64,000 bases of DNA from Candidatus Latescibacterota bacterium (GTDB lineage Bacteria > Latescibacterota > UBA2968 > UBA8231). The notes under the pieces were generated by a model that worked only from the letters and a program-made list of their open reading frames with translations, did not search any database and was not told the DNA's origin. Of this stretch, positions 18,644 through 28,738 are shown in pieces (positions within the stretch are counted from its first letter, which is position 1; each line of letters opens with the position of its first letter). The stretch lies in the NCBI GenBank assembly GCA_965203355.1, contig OZ241889.1:2624001-2688000 (forward strand), in the 5' to 3' direction. A program made the position numbers and the translations under genes.

Positions 18644-19483
18644 TTAGAGATCGACCAAAACCGGCTGGCGCGTCTTCAGCGCTCGCCGCAGGCTGCTGAG
18701 CAGGGCTTGGCCGCTGTCGCCTGAGTGTTCGCTCGGCGCATTTTCTCGCTCCCAAAAATCGCGCAACCAAGCAAGCTCGGCCGGAGGAGTTGCTGAGTCG
18801 GGCACGACGTGGGTTCCCTTGGTGCTGGCTAGGGCAATGCCGCTCTGCGCGGCACTGGCTGAGATTACGCCGCCGCGGCCCAATAAGGTCAGTTCGGCGA
18901 GTGCCGACTGGGGAACGACGACTAGCTGAATCGCCGCACCGCTGGGAACTGTAGCGGTCAACACCACTTGGTAGGCGCGACCCCGGCGGTTGGCGCAAAG
19001 ATGCACTTGGGCCGGCGGCTCGCCCAGCAGATCGCTGGCAAAGGCTAGCTGACCATAGCTGGCCCACCACGCCGGCAGCAAGCCCGGCTCTTGGACGCCA
19101 GTCACGAGACGCAGATAGACCGGCTCGCCAAACAAAGGATCGCTCCGCTGCTTTAGCACTTGGGCAAACAGGGGCGACCCGCAATGGACGCCACCGCTGG
19201 CGATGGGCACCGTGGCCTTGGGCACTGGCCCGGCGCAGAGGATGGCGACGCCGGCTTGGCGGCAGGTGTGGACATCGTCGCCGAGGGCTGCATAAGGCGA
19301 GAGGAAGGCGCAGACGCGGGGATTGGTTGCTTGGAGCATCGCCGACAGATCGCTAAAAAAGGGCAGGGTGCTGCTGCTGGGATGCCGGCGCGTTGGGTAG
19401 TACAGCCCCTTGATCGGCAGGGCATCGACGAGTTGGCCGACGAGCGGGGCGAGGGTGGGATGGGCGCTGAGGGCGATAGTCAT
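18644..19483 (-). CDS. Hypothetical protein, possibly a degenerate Gfo/Idh/MocA-like fold
   Basis: ATGA-coupled to upstream oxidoreductase; FGEPVYLRL and terminal 'RRALKTRQPVLV' resemble Gfo C-terminal features; no GxGxxG. Confidence 0.55.
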   Translation of the reverse strand: MTIALSAHPTLAPLVGQLVDALPIKGLYYPTRRHPSSSTLPFFSDLSAMLQATNPRVCAFLSPYAALGDDVHTCRQAGVAILCAGPVPKATVPIASGGVHCGSPLFAQVLKQRSDPLFGEPVYLRLVTGVQEPGLLPAWWASYGQLAFASDLLGEPPAQVHLCANRRGRAYQVVLTATVPSGAAIQLVVVPQSALAELTLLGRGGVISASAAQSGIALASTKGTHVVPDSATPPAELAWLRDFWERENAPSEHSGDSGQALLSSLRRALKTRQPVLVDL

Positions 19484-20616
19484 AGCGCTTGCTCCAGCGG
19501 CAGCTCAATGGCTGCGTTGTGCTCGACAGCGCGGTAGCCAGCGAGAATAATTTCCATCAAATCCCGCGCTTGGCGCACGCCATAGCGGGGCGGGCGGTCG
19601 TCGTCGATGGCGGCGACCAGGTCGTCGAGTCCGGCGGCTAGACCGGCGGTGTCTTCGGCCAGGGCGACGGTTGGAACGGGCGGGCCTCCGTGCCACTGCA
19701 TAGGGTCTTGGGGATCGGGCCGATAGTCGTAGCCGGTGCTGTGGTCGCGCAGATAAGCGTCCAACGCAGGTCTTTTTGCGTCGATGGTTGCACTCTGGCG
19801 TGCGCCGATTAGGTACGCCCGCGACGGACCGCCTTGAGGATGGGAGGCTGTGCCAATGCGCCCGCCGCACAAGGTTGCCACGCGGCCGTCGGCATCGGTC
19901 ATAGTTAGCGTGCCGAAATCGTCGCAGCCCTGGGCGGCGTGTTCGGGGAAGAAAAAGGCCCCGGCGTGGCCGACGACGTGGCGGATGGGGCCGAGGCATT
20001 CTTGGATTAGGCCGACGGCGTATGCGCCCACGGTCAGCAGTTCTCTTTTAATATCGGGGTATTTCCACCGGCCATTGGGGGCAGCAAAGGCGCGGCGTTG
20101 AGTTATCGGGCGGGGCCAGCCCTTGCCGAACATCACATCGACGTGGACGCCGAGCAGCGTGCCCAAATCGCCGCGGGCGAGGACTTGGCGGGTGTGCTGG
20201 GCGAGGGTGCCGTAGGCGTAGCCGGGGATGATCGCCCGGACGCCAGTGCGCTCGACCGCGACCGCCGCGGCCTCGGCCTGGGCGAGCGTGGCGCCGGGAA
20301 ACTTGTCGATCCACAGGTGCTTGCCGGCCTCGGCCGCGCGGACGATGAGCGCGGACCGCCGTTCGATCTCGCAGCCGACGCTGACAATATCGACGGCCGG
20401 GTCGTCAATGGACGCATCTAAATTCTCTGAGTAGGGTACGCCGAGTTGGCCAGCCCATTGCTGGTTGTAGGCGCGCAAGTCCGGGTCTATGTCGGGGTAG
20501 TCTGAGACGCCGATGATGCGCAGGCGGGGATGGGCCTGATACAGGGGGATGAAGTGCTGCTGGTGGCTGTGCTTGCTGAAGCTGACCAGCAGCATACCGT
20601 AGGTTTCAGCGGGCAT
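19480..20616 (-). CDS. Gfo/Idh/MocA family oxidoreductase
   Basis: Start MPAETYG after GAGGA; DPAVDIVSVG, AAEAGKHLWIDK, GDLG. Confidence 0.85.
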   Translation of the reverse strand: MPAETYGMLLVSFSKHSHQQHFIPLYQAHPRLRIIGVSDYPDIDPDLRAYNQQWAGQLGVPYSENLDASIDDPAVDIVSVGCEIERRSALIVRAAEAGKHLWIDKFPGATLAQAEAAAVAVERTGVRAIIPGYAYGTLAQHTRQVLARGDLGTLLGVHVDVMFGKGWPRPITQRRAFAAPNGRWKYPDIKRELLTVGAYAVGLIQECLGPIRHVVGHAGAFFFPEHAAQGCDDFGTLTMTDADGRVATLCGGRIGTASHPQGGPSRAYLIGARQSATIDAKRPALDAYLRDHSTGYDYRPDPQDPMQWHGGPPVPTVALAEDTAGLAAGLDDLVAAIDDDRPPRYGVRQARDLMEIILAGYRAVEHNAAIELPLEQAL

Positions 20617-20979
20617 GGGATGATTCCTCGTTGGCGTCGTGGAGACGCACCGGACGCTTTTCCGGTACGCGAGATAGTATAACAGCCCTGCGGATGAGTG
20701 CCAAAAGAAGCCCTTATCGGCGCGCCTCGGCATTTGTCGACGGCGCTGATTAGGGCTAGACGCGGGTAAGTTCACCTTTTTGTCTGATAAAAGTGCTCTT
20801 TTGCTGCATTTTCATCTTCATGTAAAAGTGCTGATTCCCCAGTAAACAGGAGTAATCGGTGGTCTTGGTGGGCGAGGAGAAGGTATAGTTGAGGCTTGGC
20901 TGTTGTATTATGCTCAGCACTTCCTTGACAACAATTGAGGACGCGGCCTATCCTAGCCGCTCCAAACAAGGAGGTGATA

Positions 20980-21990
20980 ATGGTCAATATCGGCATTGTT
21001 GGCATCGGTTTCATGGGCATGACCCACTACAAGGCTATGGCCCAAGTAAAAGGGGGCCAGGTGGCGGCCTTGGTCTCGCGCGATCCGAAAAAGCGCGCCG
21101 GGGATTGGCGCGACATTCAGGGCAATTTTGGCGACAGCGGCGGGGAGCAGGACGTGTCGGGCATACAGTGCTACGAGACGTTGGACGAACTGCTCGCGGA
21201 CCCGGGGATTGACTTGGTCGATGTTTGTCTGCCGACGCCGATGCACGTCGAGGCCAGCATCCGCGCGCTCGCCGCGGGCAAGCACGTGCTATTAGAAAAG
21301 CCCATTGCATTGGCCTTGGATGACGCGGATCGGATCATAGCGGTGGCCGCAGAGCACCAGCGGCAGTTTATGGTTGCCCACGTGCTGCGGTATTTTCCAG
21401 AGTTCCGGCTAGTCAAACAGCTCGTCGCCGCTGGGGAACACGGCCCGGTGCTCGCCGCTCACTTTAAGCGCGTCATCTCGCGCCCGGCGTGGTGGGCACC
21501 AGAAGATTTACAGCGCACCGGCGGCCCGGCAATCGACCTGCACATCCACGACGCGGACTTCGTGCAGTTTTTGTTCGGGATGCCGACGGCCGTCAGTTCG
21601 CAAGGATACATTGGCCGGGGCCAGACCGTCGAATACATCAATACCCACTACCAGTACGACGGCCCAATGGCCATCAGTGCCGAAGGGGGCTGGTTGTCGC
21701 AACCGGGTTGTCCTTTTGAGCACGGTTACGACGTGTACTTTGAAGAGGCCACGCTCAAGTACAATTCGTCTTGGGGGCCGCCGCCGCAACTATTGACTAA
21801 GGATGGCGCGGTCTGCACACCAGAACGGCCGGGCGAGGACGGTTTCGTCGGCGAGTTGCAGGAAGCGGTGGATGCGATTGCACAGGGTAGGCCGTCGCAG
21901 GAGCTAGGCGGCCAAAGTGCGCGGAACTCGCTGCTGTTGTGTTTGCGGGAAATTGAGTCGGCGAAGACCGGGCAGCAGGTCGCGATATAA
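20980..21990 (+). CDS. Gfo/Idh/MocA family oxidoreductase
   Basis: AGGAGG RBS; GIVGIGFMG, CLPTPMH, GKHVLLEKP, DLHIHD. Confidence 0.93.
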   Translation: MVNIGIVGIGFMGMTHYKAMAQVKGGQVAALVSRDPKKRAGDWRDIQGNFGDSGGEQDVSGIQCYETLDELLADPGIDLVDVCLPTPMHVEASIRALAAGKHVLLEKPIALALDDADRIIAVAAEHQRQFMVAHVLRYFPEFRLVKQLVAAGEHGPVLAAHFKRVISRPAWWAPEDLQRTGGPAIDLHIHDADFVQFLFGMPTAVSSQGYIGRGQTVEYINTHYQYDGPMAISAEGGWLSQPGCPFEHGYDVYFEEATLKYNSSWGPPPQLLTKDGAVCTPERPGEDGFVGELQEAVDAIAQGRPSQELGGQSARNSLLLCLREIESAKTGQQVAI

Positions 21991-22848
21991 TTAAGGCCCG
22001 GTGTGCGCCGCCATGCCATGTCCGTGGACGGCACTGGATTCAACGTAGGACAGGGCATAGGCGAGGCCGATCCCCACGAGGAGGGAGCCGATCAGTTTGC
22101 CGCGATCGTGGCTGTGGAAGTGGATCTCCGGCAGCAGGTCGCTCAAGGCAATGCACAAGAACGCGCCCGCTGCAAAAGACAGCACATAGCCGATTGGCGC
22201 CGCTTGTTCTGAGCCAAGCCATTCCACCCCCCCAAAGCTCGCTACGGCCACCATAGGGCACAGGATGGCAAAGCCAACATTGGCCCAGGCCCGGGTGCGC
22301 TGACTGTGCCCGGCGGACTTCATTATGCCAATAATGGAGTACGCATCGAGCGGCTTGTGCAGCAGAATGGCGAGGAACACCCCGAGTCCCGCCAGGGCGA
22401 CTCCCTCTTGATGCGGCGGCTCCATCCGCATGCTGGCGCCCAGCGCGATTCCTTCGGTCGCGGTGTGTATCCCTAGGCCGAGGGCCACGCCGAACAAGCT
22501 CCGCGCATGGCCGCCGCGGTCGTGATCATCGTACAGATCGCGTGCCTCGCGGCTGAAATCGTGCCGATGAAAGTGAAAGATGCGTAGCAAGAAAATCATC
22601 AGCACCATGCCCAACACCATCCAGCCCACGGCTTTTGCTACAATGTCAGATCCAGCCATGTGATTGAGGCTGTGGGGTAAAAGGTGAAACATGGCGATGC
22701 CGAGGATGAAGCCGGCCACGAGACTCATCGCGATCTGGGTACGCGTATGCGTCATGGTGCCCAAAGCCGCCAGCTTCCCGCCGAGCAAGGAAGCGGCAAA
22801 GATGGCGGCTGAGTAGGCCGACAAAACCAGGAGCGCGTTGGCATCCAT
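21991..22848 (-). CDS. ZIP family zinc/metal transporter
   Basis: HLLPH, His-rich loop, HTATEGIALG, HKPLD, DLLPEIH motifs; multiple TM helices. Confidence 0.9.
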   Translation of the reverse strand: MDANALLVLSAYSAAIFAASLLGGKLAALGTMTHTRTQIAMSLVAGFILGIAMFHLLPHSLNHMAGSDIVAKAVGWMVLGMVLMIFLLRIFHFHRHDFSREARDLYDDHDRGGHARSLFGVALGLGIHTATEGIALGASMRMEPPHQEGVALAGLGVFLAILLHKPLDAYSIIGIMKSAGHSQRTRAWANVGFAILCPMVAVASFGGVEWLGSEQAAPIGYVLSFAAGAFLCIALSDLLPEIHFHSHDRGKLIGSLLVGIGLAYALSYVESSAVHGHGMAAHTGP

Positions 22849-23081
22849 GATGGCTATAATCGGAAGCTAGTCGGGTAGTCGGCGGTCGTGATTTTCTGCA
22901 ACATCATTGTTTTTTCCTTGGCGATGTCGAGTTGCGTACTATACTACGCGATCTTGATTAGGTGCCTATACAAAGTCGCGGTTGAACTTAGTACTTGCCA
23001 CTATGGTATTGGGGCTCGCGCTGGCCGACCCCGATCGCCATGTGCTCCCAGCCAGAGATGTAGTACAGGAGGGCAGATAGT

Positions 23082-24113
23082 ATGCGCGTACCCGTAGAAT
23101 TAAACGAAAAAAAGAGGCTTCAGGAAGCTACCGCCATCATCGCTGTCGGTGGGCTCACAAACGGCATACTGGGCATCGCGAAAGTCGTCCTTGGCAGTGT
23201 TGCCGGGTACCTCCCGCTGACTGCTTCAGGAGTTCACTCGCTGTCGGACATTGTATCCGATGTGGTCGCTTGGGTCGCCGTGCGGATGGGAGCGCAGTCT
23301 GAGAGACAAGGGGAAGACGTACGGTTCCACTACGGCCGCCGACGCATCGAAACCCTACTAGCACTTTTTGCCGCATTTCTGCTCGTATATGTGAGTGTGG
23401 AACTGATTATGGGAGCTTTCGGCCATAGCGAGCACGGTCATGGGATGTCCCCAGCCCTTGTGGAAGAAGTGGCAACCCATGGAATAGATGACCACGACTA
23501 TGGGCACTCCCCAGAGGAGACCGCAGGGGGCTTAGGTCATTTGCTCTTGCTCGTTGGCGGAGCGAGCCTCATTTCAGTGTTTGCCAAGGAAGTACTTTTC
23601 CGCGTGACTCGGCACAAGGGAATACGCCTGAATAGTCCCATGCTGATTGCGAAAGCATGGCATCATCGGGCCGATTCCATCAGTGCGCTAGCCGTCCTGC
23701 TGAGCCTTTTTATTTTCGCCTATTTTCCGACGCTCTCGTTGATCAATCCGATTACCACGGTCATAATCGCGGGTCTGATTTTGCATAGTGCTTGGGAAGT
23801 TGGGGGCAACGCGGTCAAAGAGTTGATAGACTTCGCGCCCTCGCTAGAGACCATAGCTCTAATTGAAGAGATGGCAGAAGAGGTAGAAGGCGTAACATTT
23901 ACGCACAATATTCGCATCCGGTCCATGGGAGGGGCTTTGTATGTTGAACTGACGGCGGAAATCGATCCAACGCTCACAGTGGCCGAAGGGTACGCGGTTG
24001 TTAAACAGATCCGCGAAAAAATAATGGATAAAGTGTCCAATGTGATCGACGTCACCACCCAGCTAACGCCGAAAGGCGAGTACATCCGTCAGTTTTTGGG
24101 GTCAGAAACGTGA
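23082..24113 (+). CDS. Cation diffusion facilitator (FieF/CzcD-like)
   Basis: HSLSD, HYGRRRIE, His-rich insert, WHHRAD, C-terminal dimerisation domain (IRSMG). Confidence 0.92.
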   Translation: MRVPVELNEKKRLQEATAIIAVGGLTNGILGIAKVVLGSVAGYLPLTASGVHSLSDIVSDVVAWVAVRMGAQSERQGEDVRFHYGRRRIETLLALFAAFLLVYVSVELIMGAFGHSEHGHGMSPALVEEVATHGIDDHDYGHSPEETAGGLGHLLLLVGGASLISVFAKEVLFRVTRHKGIRLNSPMLIAKAWHHRADSISALAVLLSLFIFAYFPTLSLINPITTVIIAGLILHSAWEVGGNAVKELIDFAPSLETIALIEEMAEEVEGVTFTHNIRIRSMGGALYVELTAEIDPTLTVAEGYAVVKQIREKIMDKVSNVIDVTTQLTPKGEYIRQFLGSET

Positions 24114-24120
24114 ATGCGAG

Positions 24121-25383
24121 TCAGGTGCTTCCAGCCCTATCGCCCGTGCTGGACCGGCCACGAAGATTGAGTAGCATATCTTCGTAGCCACGGCGCAGCG
24201 CACCGGCTTGGAAGCGCCAGATGATCAGGGCGATGAGGAGCAAAGCACTGCCCCATTGCAGGAGCTGAATGGCCGGTGCATGGGCGGTGTCGAGGTGCGC
24301 GGAAATCGCCAGACCAGCGGCGAAAAGCAGCGCATCAATGGCAATGCCGAGAACGACTGTAACCGCAATGACGGTGGCCACGTAGATGGATGCGAAGCGG
24401 GCGCCAAACTGGCTGGCGATGATGGCGATGGCGCCGGTGTTGGTAGCCGGTCCAGTCATGAGGAAAATCAGGGCCGCGCCGGGACTGACCCCTTTGGCGA
24501 CTAACGCGGCGGCGATTGGAGTACTGGCGGAGGCGCAGATATAGAGCGGAATGCCGATCAGCACCATGATCGGATAGGACAGCCAGCGGGCATACTCGTT
24601 TGCCATCAGGTCGCTCGGAATCGCCAGAAAGAGTACGCCCCCCAGCACGACCCCCACTAGCAGGGCAAAGAGAATGTCGTCGGCTATCTCAATGAAGCCA
24701 TAGCGCAAGATATGCTTGACCAGCTTTTTGAAGTCGAGTGCTCGATCGTCGGTGGGAACGGCTGCCGCAGAAGAACCACTGGTGGATTGCCTGCCAACAA
24801 TTTCCTGCAACCAATGGACTAGTAAAACCTTCAGTTGCGCGGGACTGACATAGCAATCATCCCGGTCCGCTCTGAGGGATTGGTGCGCGCCATGATCGTG
24901 CTCACAGTCGCGGCAACTCGCCTGGGCTTTGTCGCGGTCGTCTCTTATGAGGCCGATGCAAAAGAGGCCGGCGACGACTGCCGTGATGAAGCTGATGAAG
25001 GGCCGAACAAGGGCCACGATGGGTCCGAAAAAGGCGTTAGTGACTAAAATCGAATCCGCCCCGGTCTCTGGCGCGGTGATCAGGAAGGACATGCAGGACG
25101 AACGGGACGCCCCCTTATTGCGCAGCTCGGCCACCACCGGCACGACCGAACAACTGCACAGCGGCACGGGTACGCCGATGGCCGAACTCACGGTGACGGA
25201 TTTTAGGCTGTCGTCGCGGAGCCAGCGGAGTATGGCTGGGCGGGAAATGAATACGTGGATCAGGCCGGAGAGCAACAGCCCGAGCAACAGCATGGGCGCT
25301 AGCAATAAGAAGGAGGACCAGAGGAAGGCAAAAAAACTAGCTAATATCCCAAAAAGTTCAAAGGCCATTGTGATAAGAAGCAA
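24121..25383 (-). CDS. DUF318 / SO_0444-like metal permease
   Basis: GVPVPLCSCSVVP, FLITAPETG, CxxC-His loop, PLYICASASTP, FLMTGPATN; start may be 25368. Confidence 0.9.
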   Translation of the reverse strand: MLLITMAFELFGILASFFAFLWSSFLLLAPMLLLGLLLSGLIHVFISRPAILRWLRDDSLKSVTVSSAIGVPVPLCSCSVVPVVAELRNKGASRSSCMSFLITAPETGADSILVTNAFFGPIVALVRPFISFITAVVAGLFCIGLIRDDRDKAQASCRDCEHDHGAHQSLRADRDDCYVSPAQLKVLLVHWLQEIVGRQSTSGSSAAAVPTDDRALDFKKLVKHILRYGFIEIADDILFALLVGVVLGGVLFLAIPSDLMANEYARWLSYPIMVLIGIPLYICASASTPIAAALVAKGVSPGAALIFLMTGPATNTGAIAIIASQFGARFASIYVATVIAVTVVLGIAIDALLFAAGLAISAHLDTAHAPAIQLLQWGSALLLIALIIWRFQAGALRRGYEDMLLNLRGRSSTGDRAGST

Positions 25384-25461
25384 ACATGGCCTAGCAAGGG
25401 CAAGCCTCCGATCTGGAGGTGGAGTTGCGTTTTTTGTTTCGGACTCCTACAATAAAAAGCT

Positions 25462-25776
25462 ATGCTAACGCGCCAAAAGGACATTTCGACGGGCTCGGTC
25501 GCCTCGTTGGCTTTGCTCGTGCTGACGGTGCTCTTTGCGGTTATAATCGGCGGCTTACCCTTCAGCCACCAGCTTTTCCACGAGAGCCTCGTCGAGCCTG
25601 AGCACTGTCTGTCCTGTCTGTTGCAGAGCGGCCTATCGCTCTTTTTTGGCAGCTTGGCTCTCGCACTCGCAGGACTGAATGCCCCTGAGTTAAGCCGGCC
25701 CGCGCCGCGCCCCGTACCGTTTCCCCTTTTTTCTCCGCGCTTTACCCATCTCAACCGCGGCCCGCCCGGGTGCTAG
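25462..25776 (+). CDS. DUF2946/CruR-like leader protein with CxxC and C-terminal RGPP motif
   Basis: N-terminal TM, H-rich linker, HCLSC, Pro-rich stretch, ends NRGPPGC; precedes lipoprotein and TonB receptor. Confidence 0.75.
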   Translation: MLTRQKDISTGSVASLALLVLTVLFAVIIGGLPFSHQLFHESLVEPEHCLSCLLQSGLSLFFGSLALALAGLNAPELSRPAPRPVPFPLFSPRFTHLNRGPPGC

Positions 25777-25892
25777 TGCATCCACGCAAGAAGCAGCCTT
25801 AGTGCGTGGGTGCCGCTCTCCAGATTCAATTCGCGTACCACTAAACGCCCGTCTTGTGTGCATAGACGGTCAAACCATTGGAGACTAGCACC

Positions 25893-26411
25893 ATGTTCAA
25901 AAAAAGTATGTCTGCGCTGAGCATTTTCGCCTTGGCCCTCTTTATTGCCAGTTGCGGCGATGACGATAATCCGGTCCAGTCGGATCCACACGACGAAGAG
26001 CACTCCGATGCCGTCGGTCTGATCGTGCGCGATAGCGGCGCTGAGATCGTGCGCGTTGAAAAGGGTGAGGTGACCGGCGAGATCGAGGTCGGCCACGGCA
26101 AGGAAACCGCCCTGCTTACCGTGCGCTTTATCGCCGAAGACGGCGACCTCTTCACGCCGGACGAAGACGAAGGCTACGCGCTCGACTGGGAAGTTGCCGA
26201 CGAGAACATCGCCGAAGTCGAGCATCATGCCGAGGACGGCGCGTGGGCTTTTCACATCATCGGCTTAGCGGAAGGCCACACTACCATCCGCATCAAGATC
26301 AACCACGAAAACCACGCTGATTTCGTCTCGCCGGAAATCGAGATCCACGTCAGCGAGGACGGGCCCGGTGAGGAGCACGACGAGCACGATGAGCACGACG
26401 AGGAAGAGTAA
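25893..26411 (+). CDS. His/acidic-rich lipoprotein, putative metal-binding
   Basis: GGAG RBS, lipobox IASC, HENHADF, tail EEHDEHDEHDEEE encoded by 9-bp repeats. Confidence 0.8.
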   Translation: MFKKSMSALSIFALALFIASCGDDDNPVQSDPHDEEHSDAVGLIVRDSGAEIVRVEKGEVTGEIEVGHGKETALLTVRFIAEDGDLFTPDEDEGYALDWEVADENIAEVEHHAEDGAWAFHIIGLAEGHTTIRIKINHENHADFVSPEIEIHVSEDGPGEEHDEHDEHDEEE

Positions 26412-26437
26412 AGCGGTTAGAGCCGCTGCGATTCTTC

Positions 26438-28735
26438 ATGGGTAAAGTGACGCGGGACCGGACGCAAGCCTCCGGTCCTGCGCCTTTATGTCAAGGTCAA
26501 TTGGACTGCCGACGTAGTATCTGGCCTCGGCTGCTTTTGCGGCTCGCCCTCGTACTCAGCCTAGCCGTAGGTCCCGTTTGGGGCGATCAGACCGGTGCGC
26601 TCGCTGGCCACGTGATCGACGCCGAAAGCGGCGAACCCGTCGGTTGGACTACCGTCGTCATTGAGGGGCTGGAACGAGCGCGGATGAGCGACGCCGAAGG
26701 GTACTTCTTTTTTGCCAACGTACCGCCCGGTGAGCATGTCTTGCAAAGCCTACACGTCGGCTACCCCGAGGCCCGCTTTAAGGTGGAAGTCGTCGCCGGA
26801 GATACCGTCCACGTCGATCTGGTTATCGGCCACGAGGCCCTGCGCGTAGCGGAGATTCTCGTCGAGTGCGAACACGCGAATCCTGTTTCGCCACTCCAAA
26901 CCCCCGAAGTCGTCTTCAGCGGTAGCAAGCTGCGGCAGAGCTTGAGCCGCACGATTGCCGAGACCATTGACTACGAGCCGGGCATTGCCCAGCGCTCGAT
27001 GGGCCCCGCGCCCGCGCGTCCGGTGCTGCGCGGGCTAAGTGGCGACCGCTTATTGGTGATTGAAGACGGCGAGCGCACCGGCGATTTGTCCGGCACTTCC
27101 TCGGACCACGCCGTGGCTATCGAGCCGATGACCACGGAGCGCATTGAGATCGTGCGCGGCCCCCGCACCTTGCTCTATGGCTCCAATGCCTTGGCCGGGG
27201 TCGTCAACGTGGTGCGCGGATACGTGCCCTCTGTGCGGCCCGACGGCTTGGGCGGATCGGTGACCTATCAAGGGGAAAGCGTCAACCGAGGCTGGTCCGG
27301 CGGCTTGGCTCTCGAACAAGCGCTCGGCCCGCTGGCCCTGCGCTTCGATAGCAGCCTGCGCCAGGCCGACGACATTGCCACGCCGCATGGAGTACTCGCC
27401 AATACCGACATCCGCACGGGCAATGCCTCGGTCGGCCTGAGTCTGGTGCGCTCTTGGGGGCACGTAGGGGCGTCCGGCAGCCTGTACAACTCCGACTACG
27501 GCATTCCGCCCGACCCAGCAGGTGGCCATCCGCACGGCGTCTCCATCGATCTCCAGCGCCAACACCTCGAAGGGCGCGGCGAAATCATCACCGGGCCAGA
27601 TTGGCTCCAGCGCTTGGAGTTGCACCATTCGTTTTCGCGCTATCAGCACGGCGAATTCGAAGCCAGTGGCGACTTGGGGATGGAGTTTGGCGTACTCACG
27701 CACCACAGCGGTGCGCTGGCTCACCTAGATCGCATCGGGCCTTTTGCAAATGGTGCGGTTGGCTTGTGGTACGAGTACCGCAATTATGCTGCGGCCGGGC
27801 TCAACTTCACGCCGCCGGCCGAGGAATACGCCGGTGCGCTGTTCGCGTATCAAGAGTGGGAATATGGGCCTTGGGCGGCCAATGCGGCTTGGCGCGTTGA
27901 TGCCCGCCGCGTCGAGCCGCGAGAAGCGCGCGCATCGCGCACAGTCGGCCGCATTGAGACGCGCGACTTTGCCGGTATGTCGGCCGGTTTGTCCAATCAC
28001 TATCGCGCCAACTCGACCTTGACGCTGGGCACGACCTTGATGCGCACCTTTCGCGCGCCCGGCATTGAAGAGCTGTTCTCCGAAGGGCCGCATTTGGCCG
28101 CCTATTCGTACGAGGTGGGCGATGGAGCACTCGGCAGCGAGCGCGGCTTAGGATTGGAGCTGTTTGTCGACTACCACCTAGCAGAAGGCCATGTACACTT
28201 GGCCGTCTTCCGCAATGCGATTGACGGGTTCATTTTTCCCAAAAACACCGGTGAGCGCAGTCGGCGGCGCGATGATCTCTTTGTCTACCAGACCCAGGGA
28301 GCGCGCGTCCGCATGTATGGCGCCGAAGCCAACTTTGATTGGCATCTGGCCGAGCCTTGGAAAATGGCTGGCGCCCTCAGCTATGTGCGCGGCCACCTCA
28401 TGGACCGCGCCGACGAACCCCTGCCTCGTCTGCCGCCCCTGCAAGGGTATCTGGGCCTGACTTGCGAACCCACTGAGGTGCTGAGTGCGACCCTTGGTCT
28501 GCGCGTGGCGGCGGCTCAGAATCAGATCGGCGAGTTTGAAGAGCCTACCGAGGGCTACGTGGTGCTGGATCTTTCGAGCCAATACTACGCGCAATGGGGT
28601 GGGCGTCTGCACACCTTCGCCTTGACGCTGGAAAACGCCACGGACGCGGTGTACCGCAATCACCTCAACCGCGTCAAAGAGATTCTGCCCGAACCAGGCC
28701 GCAATCTGCGTCTGCTGCACAAGATATTTTTCTGA
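26438..28735 (+). CDS. TonB-dependent receptor (ZnuD-like) with N-terminal carboxypeptidase-like domain
   Basis: ARPVLRGL, SSDHAV, IEIVRGP..LLYG.NALAGVVNV plug; RAP..EELFSEGPH; PGRN; terminal F. Confidence 0.93.
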   Translation: MGKVTRDRTQASGPAPLCQGQLDCRRSIWPRLLLRLALVLSLAVGPVWGDQTGALAGHVIDAESGEPVGWTTVVIEGLERARMSDAEGYFFFANVPPGEHVLQSLHVGYPEARFKVEVVAGDTVHVDLVIGHEALRVAEILVECEHANPVSPLQTPEVVFSGSKLRQSLSRTIAETIDYEPGIAQRSMGPAPARPVLRGLSGDRLLVIEDGERTGDLSGTSSDHAVAIEPMTTERIEIVRGPRTLLYGSNALAGVVNVVRGYVPSVRPDGLGGSVTYQGESVNRGWSGGLALEQALGPLALRFDSSLRQADDIATPHGVLANTDIRTGNASVGLSLVRSWGHVGASGSLYNSDYGIPPDPAGGHPHGVSIDLQRQHLEGRGEIITGPDWLQRLELHHSFSRYQHGEFEASGDLGMEFGVLTHHSGALAHLDRIGPFANGAVGLWYEYRNYAAAGLNFTPPAEEYAGALFAYQEWEYGPWAANAAWRVDARRVEPREARASRTVGRIETRDFAGMSAGLSNHYRANSTLTLGTTLMRTFRAPGIEELFSEGPHLAAYSYEVGDGALGSERGLGLELFVDYHLAEGHVHLAVFRNAIDGFIFPKNTGERSRRRDDLFVYQTQGARVRMYGAEANFDWHLAEPWKMAGALSYVRGHLMDRADEPLPRLPPLQGYLGLTCEPTEVLSATLGLRVAAAQNQIGEFEEPTEGYVVLDLSSQYYAQWGGRLHTFALTLENATDAVYRNHLNRVKEILPEPGRNLRLLHKIFF

Positions 28736-28738
28736 GGC

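Noticed and set aside
20788-20832. TAAAAGTGCT direct repeat (20788 and 20823) between divergent oxidoreductases
   Set aside because: Possible regulator site, but only two 10-mers with no further support
26372-26401. GAGCACGA(C/T) tandem repeat as a contingency locus
   Set aside because: In-frame 9-bp units encoding the EHD metal-binding tail; length change would not shift the frame
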